The notes under the pieces are model-generated. The model saw only the letters and a program-made list of their open reading frames with translations, was not told where the DNA came from and made no database searches. The translations under genes were made by a program, and so were the position numbers. A stretch of DNA of 64,000 bases from Octopus sinensis (lineage: Eukaryota): contig NC_042998.1 in assembly GCF_006345805.1 (NCBI RefSeq), positions 67,208,001-67,272,000 of the forward strand, given 5' to 3'. The stretch's first letter is position 1. The number at the start of each line of letters is the position of its first letter. Below are positions 55,429 through 64,000 of the stretch, one piece after another.

Positions 55429-56299
55429 TATACATACATACACACACACATGCCACAGAATCTCTCAAAACTGCATACCAGTATATAAGATTTATCCAGG
55501 CCTAATAGAATTACCTATGAAGAAATAGTTGAATAGATAGACAATACACACACACATATATATATGTATGTTATACATACGCATATAGATGTGTGTATAT
55601 TTGTATCTCTATGTGCGTGCGTGTGCGCGCGTGTGTGTGCGTATGTGTCGTGTGTGCGTGTGTGTGTGCGTGTGTTTATATAAGCCATATCAAATAATGT
55701 TTAAAATTTCTGAAACCAGTAGTAAAAGATAAACTGTGCAATGGAAAATATTCTCGAACATTTGAATAGGTGTGAGTGTATACATACATATACATGTGTG
55801 TATAAATATATATGTGTAGGTACGTATATATAAGGTATACACAAAGACACAGAGATACATTCATGCAATTATACATATATACACTTTGGTGTGCATGCGT
55901 TTTACTCTGCGTGCATTTGTGAGTGTGTTTACATATCAATACAGTACAAAGAGGTGCAAGTCTAGTTATGACGGCATTAGAAAATTATTGACACGACAAG
56001 CCAAAGTACGAGAAATAAACAGCAGAACATATGCTTTTGTTAGACTTTTCTTTTTCAATAACATTGATTGCTATTTCATAGACAACCATCTGAAAGCCGA
56101 TAATTCACTTGAGGCAAACATCAACAACACACTGAGATTTTTAGATGTATTTGAAGCTTTTAAGATTTGTAGAATATCGAAGGTATTGTTGAAGTATACA
56201 CCGGTTCGTTACTGTACGTATCGTTGATATTATTCTCATCTTGTTTACGAATTATATTAACGATTTCCGTCTTAAACAATCTAGTTCTCACTGTATTGC

Positions 56300-56597
56300 A
56301 CGGCAGTACGGTTAAGTAGCCCGATTTGCAAACACGTTTTCAAGTTCTGTCCCTCTGCGTGGCATGCTGGGGTCAGTTTATTTTCATACAATCTACACTA
56401 CATAATACTTTGTGAGGGAATTTGGCCGATGACAACATTGTAAATGCCTGTCGTATATATGTGTTTCTTTGTTTCATCTCGCTTTACAATTAAAGTGTAT
56501 CTGTTTACATCCCTGTAACCTAGCAGTTCAGCAAAAGATGCCGACAGAGTAAGCACCATGGTTCACAAAATAAATTCTGGTGTCGATTTGTACAAGT
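56300..56597 (+). mobile_element. Degraded family A SINE
   Basis: GGTTAAGTAGC...CTGCGTGGCA...GCAGTTCAGCAAAAGATGCCGACAGAGTAAG remnants. Confidence 0.6.
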
Positions 56598-57379
56598 AAA
56601 CTTTTCATGGTGGTATCCTATCACAGCTGCTGTCAAATGATAGAAGCAATCTATTCCTTCGTCTTCTCTCCCAATATTCTTGGGAAGGCCACGGGTGTAG
56701 AGTCTTCAGGCACATCCTCCACATGGGCTTATCACAAGCAGCCTTCATTAAACTTTCAGACTGTATTCCCATGTGAAACCAAACTGAGACTATAAACATT
56801 ATCCAAGTATTTCATTTTGGCTCCACCCCCTTATAACCCCTGTTGGTTGCTATACTTGAAGAATCCGTCTTGAGATTCTTCCCTGCAAAATTCTAATCAT
56901 ATGACCGTAATACCAGAGGTGTAACCTGTCAATGCAGAGAACCAGCGGCTCTGCCTAGAGAGACCCTTGCCCCCTTGACTCCGAATTATGCATCCTGAAA
57001 TAAAAAGTAATAGCCAAAAGAGATAATCTGTGCTTATATCCAGGAATCACTCGTGTAGCCCATCTTTTCAAATACTGAAAACCAATTAAAACATTCAGAA
57101 CTCTTTCAAGTTTTCACTACCAAAATCTTAGTTTACCATAATAATTTCCTTATGACCTCACTTAATCAGAAATGATAATTATGGCCAGGACTCTCTACAG
57201 AATACAACGAAAAAGATGGAGAAAATAACGCAAGGTATATGGTGGAAAAGTTGTCAACGAAAAAAAACAAGCGTGTGTTCTACGTGTTGTGAAAGGCGAC
57301 TAAAAATTTACACAGCGATCCCGTACTAACCTCCCCAGCAACGACTACACAGACAAATGGAGCAGAGGCATCATCTGCC

Positions 57380-57392
57380 AGTAATAGGTAAT

Positions 57393-57452
<60 letters not shown>

Positions 57453-57525
57453 CACCACCACCACCACCACAACCGCTACCACCATTACTACTACTACCTC
57501 TACTACTATTACTACTACTACTAAC
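57380..57525. repeat. (ACT)n/(ACC)n microsatellite
   Basis: Read directly. Confidence 0.95.
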
Positions 57526-58015
57526 AATTCAAGGCCTTTCATTAATATGATGATCATGACCCCAACTACAGGAAAAGCAAATCTGGCCTCCACAATATGT
57601 AAGCTCAAAGCGCAGAAAATCGGAAGAAATACCACAATGCACACTGTTCGATGTTCCAATGAGCTTATATCGATTTCGTTCAGTCCCTATGACCATGTAA
57701 AGATAATGGCAACTGATCATTCCTCATGACTAAGACAATTTCAGTCGTAAAATATATATTATGGCCACTCAGGTCATATAGACATACTTATAATGATTTT
57801 AGCTGTTTTCTCCCGCTGTATGTCACAGATTTTTTATACTATGATATACTTCAGAATAAGCCGTTAATTAGTAACTATACTAACGGATCTGGAGTGTCCT
57901 AAAGCACAGTTCTGTCTGCTCAACTTCAGCATCGACAATTTATTGGTAGAAGACACTTACTCTTCGACTATTTCGCCCTCCATCCCTCTCTGTCCCTCTC
58001 CCTGTATATATTTAT

Positions 58016-58056
<41 letters not shown>

Positions 58057-58060
<4 letters not shown>

Positions 58061-58240
58061 AGAACTCACGAGAAGAAAAAAAGACGAAGACAGGTGGTGT
58101 AGAAAACAAACAGATGTATTAGTAATTAGTATAACGCTCGGGAATTGAAAAAGTCTTTAACGTTTCAAGACTACACTCTTCCACAGAAAGGAACACAGAA
58201 AAAAACAGAGAGAGAAAAAATGTGTGTAGTGGCTAGCGAT
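58057..58240 (-). mobile_element. Penelope-like pseudo-LTR fragment, copy 3, with decayed hammerhead-like motif at 58155-58190
   Basis: Homologous to the 5415 and 30540 copies; motif reads CTTT CTGTGGA A GAGT-GTAG-TCTT GAAA CG TT AAAG. Confidence 0.75.
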
Positions 58241-58300
58241 CAATCATCGCCGGTCTGTTTTCGTCTTAGGTTTTATGTAAATTTGAAATATATATATATA

Positions 58301-58633
58301 TATTAGCAGTGTCGCCCGGCGTTGCTCGGGTTTGTTTCGACCCTTTAGAATTGGAATTTTGGGAAAGTAAAAATTTTTTAATTATATAGCTTGTTATTCT
58401 CTCTAAGTGAACATTTTTCTGGTTGAAATACACCGAAAAATGGCGACACAGCAGTCAAAAAATCGTAAAAAATAGGGATTTTCATAGAAAAAAAGCACTT
58501 TTTTATGTAAATAATTTTGGGCCTTAACATGATCCGATTTGAATTTGAATTTGAAGAGCAACCATTCCTCTATCATACTCTTAATTTTGGTCAACTTGCA
58601 CCGCAACTTGCCCTACACAAACAACTTCAGCTT
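58301..58633 (+). mobile_element. Non-autonomous Helitron-like element between TA repeats
   Basis: Starts TATTAGCAGTGTCGCCCGGCGTTGCTCGGG (T.CTAG-like end plus GC-rich subterminal hairpin, as I recall for Lep1-type Helitrons); ends ACAAACAACTTCAGCTTC then (TA)n. Confidence 0.55.
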
Positions 58634-58659
58634 CATATATATATATATATATATATATA

Positions 58660-58983
58660 TGGTGAAATGGTGACCCCCTTCGGTCAGACACTGACCATGG
58701 GTTTGCACCTAGAGAGTTACCCTCTGAGGCACAAGTCTGGGCAAGGTTGTTTTTTTGTGGAAGACCAGCAGTCGCCCATGCATACCGGCCTCCCCTCTCC
58801 ACGTCACCGATGTTGTCCAAGGGAAAGGCAATGGCCGATACAGCTTGGCACCTGAGTGAACTGGAGCAACGTGAAATAAAGTGTCTTGCTCAAGAACACA
58901 ACACGCAGCCCGGTCCGGGATTCGAGCTCACAACCTCACGATCGTAAGCTCGACGCTCTAACCACTGAGCCACACGCGCCTTC
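58660..58983 (-). mobile_element. tRNA-headed CORE-type SINE, family C (well preserved)
   Basis: Minus strand GGCGCGTGTGGCTCAGTGGTTAGAGC (A box)...GAGCTCGAATCCC (B box), then TTCTTGAGCAAGACACTTTATTTCAC (CORE-like). Confidence 0.85.
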
Positions 58984-58984
58984 A

Positions 58985-59103
58985 CTATATATATATATAT
59001 ATTATATATTATATATATATATTATATATATAATATAATATATATATATATATATATAATATATATATAATATATATATAATATATATATATATATATTA
59101 TAT

Positions 59104-59159
<56 letters not shown>

Positions 59160-59180
59160 TATATATATATATAATATATA

Positions 59181-59213
<33 letters not shown>

Positions 59214-59264
59214 AGTATATATATATATATGTATGTACATATAGGTGTGGATGCTAGTAGGAAA

Positions 59265-59345
<81 letters not shown>
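58985..59345. repeat. Very long interrupted (TA)n plus (CT)n
   Basis: Read directly. Confidence 0.95.
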
Positions 59346-59353
<8 letters not shown>

Positions 59354-59359
59354 ATTTGT

Positions 59360-59520
59360 ATTCTTGAGCAAAACACTTCATTTCACGTTCTCCAGTCCAC
59401 TCAGCTAGCAAAAATGAGTAACGCTGCGATGGACGGTATCCGTCCAACTGGGGAACACGTATGCCATTGAAACCGGGAAACCGGGAAACCGGGCCTGAAT
59501 CTGGCTAGGCTTTAAAAGGG
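59360..59520 (+). mobile_element. Headless CORE-type SINE fragment
   Basis: TTCTTGAGCAAAACACTTCATTTCACGTTCTCCAGTCCACTCAG matches the core of the 58660-58983 copy in the opposite orientation. Confidence 0.75.
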
Positions 59521-60249
59521 CGCAATTATTTATTATTTATTAGGATAATACGTATCGATTCTTTAACAATATTGTTTTTGTGTGTCGGAATAAAAATAAG
59601 TGTGTCTGCATGAAAATGTGTGTGCTATGTACACACATATATCGTATATTTTGCTATATTTCTTCCATAAAATTCGATTTGCTATACCATTGTTGTTCTA
59701 GAGAGCCCCAAAGACCCAGGAGACAGGCTGAAACTTATAACTGCACTTGACTCTATAGCAGAACATTCACTCATGACGTTTAATGGGCTTCTAATGAAAT
59801 ATGTAGTGTATAATTGTTGTGAATAATAGTATAAGCACTACCAGCATACCTACATACCTGAATAGCGGATAGGACTTTATTATGAATTCCTTTTGCTAGA
59901 GATGGTTAAAGTTACAAACTAGAGGATGTTTAGAAAAAGAATTGCACTTTCCTCACGGAAACATGTTTTCCAGTTAATAGTTTGGAAAGCTGATGCAAAA
60001 AAATGGTCCATGATGAAAAGAAGATTTAAAGACATGCATACAGCATCTCATATTTTCTTTCTTTCTCTCTCTCTGTCTTCTTTTCCTTTTCTGTTTCGCT
60101 TCCCCTTAATTTTCTTCTTTCGCCTCTTTTTCTCCGCCTCTTCTTATTACTACGACGACGATGAAAACTACTGCCACTACTACAACTACTACTTCACTAC
60201 TTTAACAACCTCTTTTTTCTATCTTCTCCTTGTAACTTTGAAGTCATTT

Positions 60250-60253
60250 TCAT

Positions 60254-60305
<52 letters not shown>

Positions 60306-60306
60306 A

Positions 60307-60345
<39 letters not shown>

Positions 60346-60380
60346 GCTACCACAACCACCACCACCACCACACCACCACC
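60250..60380. repeat. (ACT)n/(ACC)n microsatellite
   Basis: Read directly; explains poly-Thr in ORF 59926..60435. Confidence 0.95.
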
Positions 60381-60850
60381 GCGATTTCTGCTTCTGGTAT
60401 TCCATCTGCGTTTTCTTCCTCCTATTCGTCACTAATATCATAATCGTCATCATCAAAACCGCCGCCACCATCATCATCACGATCGGTCGTCATCCGTTTT
60501 CGACTTAGTGTCTTTCAAAGAGAATTATATTTTTCTTATTTCCTGTTTCAATTCCAAAACGCAGACTTCAGTGACGTAAATAAGAAGAGTAATGCCTCTT
60601 AACATTTACAATAGTTGAACCAGAGTTGAATTTGATACTTCTAAGAAGAGAGCGAAAGACAGTCTGAGTGAGTTAAGACAGTGAGGAAGAATGGGTGAGA
60701 GACACAAGTTGACGTTGAAAACATCTACTTCCATAATTATATATATATAGATATATTAAGACTCTTTGTTGTCATGGAACATATATAAAAATATGTGTGT
60801 GGAAAATATACATATGGAATATGTATACACACACACACACACATATACAT

Positions 60851-60893
<43 letters not shown>

Positions 60894-61092
60894 GATGCAT
60901 ATATATATACATGCATACATATATATATATATATACTTGTATAGACACAGACACGCATATATTGCTGTATGTATTCTGTTTATACATAGATGTGTTCATA
61001 TATATATTTATATATATATATATGTATGTATATATATAAAATTACTGTTATGGCAAATCTCTATATAATACAAACACGCGTATGTAAGCAGT

Positions 61093-61093
<1 letters not shown>

Positions 61094-61131
<38 letters not shown>

Positions 61132-61256
61132 GTAGGTAGGTAGGTAGGTAGGTAGGTAGGTAGGTAGGTAGGTAGGTAGGTAGGTAGATAGGTAGGTAGG
61201 TAGGTGGTAGGTAGGTGGTAGGTAGGTAGGTAGGTAGGTAGGTAGGTAGGTAGGTA
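61094..61256. repeat. (TAGA)n to (TAGG)n compound microsatellite
   Basis: Read directly. Confidence 0.95.
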
Positions 61257-61329
61257 TGGATAGAGTGCCCACATCAGCAATAAGGTCGATATAGATCCTA
61301 GGATGAGCTCCTGGATCTTAAGAACCCCT

Positions 61330-61990
61330 CCGCTCCAGAGAACAATATGTCATCATTCCACTTATCTCTTTTTTTGTACGGCTACACCACGAATACTGCT
61401 CCCCCGGTGGTTCCCCATACAAAACAAAACATCTCGAGGATTGAATCACCCCTGAGGGCATTCACTAAACGAATTGAAGGCATGACTGATCTTGATTACT
61501 AGTACCGCCTTTAAGCCTTGAAACTCTACTCTCTCCAGCGCCGCTACGAGCGATACTTCATTTGCACGATGTAGTAAATATACCGCCAGCATTGTCCAAA
61601 CGACCTGAACATTAACTTCAAAGTTCATCCAAGGCTGGGACCACGGGCCGTACATCCCCTGGCCAATTCAGGATCACAATATATAGGTACACTGCAACAC
61701 AATATCTTTTCCTCAACAGGTCCTGTTCTGTTTAACATTGTCCCAAAACTGATCAAATAGAAAAAGGTTCCCATCACATTTAAACGTAGTCTGGACAAAT
61801 TTCTTCAAGGAATACCGGATAAGCCACCTATATCTGGATACAACTCAACAAGAACTCACTACTTTAATGGACCATAATACCACAAAGTTTGACTTTAAAG
61901 GGATTTAGATAATCCTATTAGATGGTGCTATTAAGTTAGACATGGCCTGGACCAATCTTTGGTTGAAACATATCTAAGATTATCTAAGTT
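61330..61990 (+). mobile_element. CR1/L2-group LINE 3' end
   Basis: Broken frames give EYCSP..PYKTKH, RAFTKRIEGMTDLDY*YRL*ALKLYSLQRRYERY, NDLNINFKVHPRLGPR, GPVLFNIVP and FKRSLDKFLQGIPD.P; short ATCTAAG repeats at the end. Confidence 0.85.
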
Positions 61991-63289
61991 TATATATATA
62001 CATGCACAAATACACACATAGAAAGAGAGAGAGGAAGAGAGAGAAAGAAAGAAATTGAGAGAGATGCAAAGAGAGAGATTCATGGATTGATGGATGGATG
62101 GATGGATGGATGGATGGACGGATAGGATAATGAGAGCACATATTGGTTTGTGTTTACGCGTAGATAACTCAATGGATGGAAAACCGAATAATATGGAAAG
62201 CCTCAATAATTTCAGATTTGGACAACAAAATACGGAGTCTTAACTGTTTAGAGCATAGATAATTGGAAAATCCTCAAGGAAGTTTTTTTTTTCTAACGAC
62301 AAATAAAAGAGTAACCTATTGCTGTTTAGACGATAGAGAAACTCTATTATTACCTTCCTTTATTTGCCCTTATTTGTAGAACTAGCATTAGCAACGTTAA
62401 TGAATGTTCAGTTTTAGAGATGCGAATTAGGCTTAGTGCTCTGTATCGTAAAGAAATATGTTTTCATAAGATCACTGGGAAACGAGACTTTATCCTTATT
62501 TTGACAGAAAACTTTGATTCACTTGTCGAATTAAACGCTTATTACATCTTCATCTAGCAGTCGGTTTATCTTACTTATTACGTAGAAAAAGAGTAGCTTA
62601 TATGATGTATATAAGCAGGAGCTTCAACTACTTTCTAACATACATTTTTATATTTATATTGTTGTTTGAATAATAATTTCCTCCGTGTCAACTCATCTAT
62701 TGCCAGTTCTTGAAGGTTTGTACGGTTGTTGAAATGTGAGCAGCATTTTGCGATACTTATTACTAGAATAGCGATAATTAATTCGTTTTTAAAAACAGAA
62801 TGATATTTATTACAAGCTTATAAGTTTCATTAAACTGTTGAAGTAATTTGGACTTCATTGGTTTCTGATGGAATGTGTTGATTTATTTCACATCCGTTCT
62901 TCTCAAGATGCATTTATTGTGCTTTATTACTGCGTAGTTATATTCTTGTTTGTTTTGTTTTATCAGTACAAGGTTATCATTAAACCTAAGTGAGCTCTTC
63001 AATAGCTTTCATTTTAGATTCCTCTATCTGTTTAACAGCTAAAATAGTTTGATGATATCAGGAATATATAAATTCTTTCAAGAGCAATTGGAGGTGAAGG
63101 TTTGTATTTCTATATACGCTGGCATCACTTGAAAACATTATGTACATAATGAAAAGAGATATCCACAGAATTATAATTATATTTCCCACTGCGGTCATTG
63201 CTATGGAAGGTATATTAAGATATCGTTGCTACGTTTGTTGAGGTTATATATATGTTAATTATGACTACAAATTAGCTTCCCTTTAGAGT

Positions 63290-63600
63290 GAATTTCAACA
63301 ATCTGATCCTATCAATTAATACCTCAAGGAATCGATTGAGCTTTAATGAGCAGGCTGGGTTTTATGGCAAATTTCTGCAGCTGATTAATAGCATTGATTC
63401 TTATTCTTTCCAATGCATAGCATGCATCTGAAATGACATCGTTTAACGGTGTTTTCCATCGTTGAACACTTTTCACTTAAGGCAGCAATACTGACTTTGT
63501 GGCTTGAAAACATTTTGTCGATAACAACCGTGCGTCTCTCAATTCTTTCACCTGAAACAACAGACATCGATGTTTTGCCTAGAAGTGACATGAAGCGAAC
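63290..63600 (-). mobile_element. RTE (BovB-like) LINE APE endonuclease N-terminal remnant
   Basis: ERRTVVIDKMFSSHKVSIAALSE (cf. ERRTAL.AREL.RY.IDIAALSE) followed by FAIKPSLLIKL (cf. VGFAIK..L..KL). Confidence 0.75.
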
Positions 63601-64000
63601 TGAACAACAAGCAAACTAGATATGTTTAAATACGAAGTCAACCACTTTCTCGCTACATCAGCTTTATCAAATATTACTTAATTAGCATACATTGTTATAG
63701 CTTTTATTTTTACGTCACCATTCAAAGCAAACGTGGATGCGGGAAACCATATTACAAATATTTTAGTAAGGCATCTATATTATGCTACTTTCTAGTTTGT
63801 TGTTTATGATGCTTAGTACTCCTATTAAAGATAATTTTCCTAATTACGTGCCATAGAAGAATTATGTATGTTTTCAGTGCAGAGAAACAACCTTATGTAA
63901 AGTGCATGCGCATGTATTTGACACTGCAAAGCAATGTTATTCAATGAGATATATTAATGCACTTATAAGACAATGTAGTTGTTACTATTGTTTAGCGGAG

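Noticed and set aside
58910-58983. tRNA gene-like sequence with A and B boxes
   Set aside because: Runs directly into a CORE-type body and lacks a proper acceptor stem and terminator; it is a SINE head.

Overview
AT-rich, microsatellite-saturated animal non-coding DNA. The SINE families and LINE 3' ends resemble repeats I recall from Octopus genomes; this assignment is from memory, not a search. I found no protein-coding host gene I can support, and most listed ORFs are translations of simple repeats. The window contains decayed mobile elements: R4/Dong-like RLE LINE 3' ends in (AAT)n, a Tx1/L1-like 3' end in (TAGA)n, Penelope-like pieces (GIY-YIG, RT linker, three pLTR copies), CR1/L2-like and RTE remnants, two Tc1/mariner fragments, a hAT-Charlie MITE, a Helitron-like element and at least three tRNA-derived SINE families. 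Five signals are not explained by ordinary annotation. (1) A nested inverted-repeat locus at 48.3-49.8 kb around a 101-bp-arm hairpin with a 5-nt loop and one mismatch. (2) A minimal hammerhead-ribozyme-like motif with U in place of core A6 in all three Penelope pLTR copies. (3) A polypyrimidine-CAG|GTAAG recursive-splice-like site at 11127/11128, suggesting a long plus-strand intron. (4) Five GAGG-N7/8-CC(T/A)C palindromic units at 19.2-19.35 kb beside stacked hairpins. (5) Further fold-backs at 39.96-40.24 kb and 44.33 kb. Boundaries of decayed elements are approximate.
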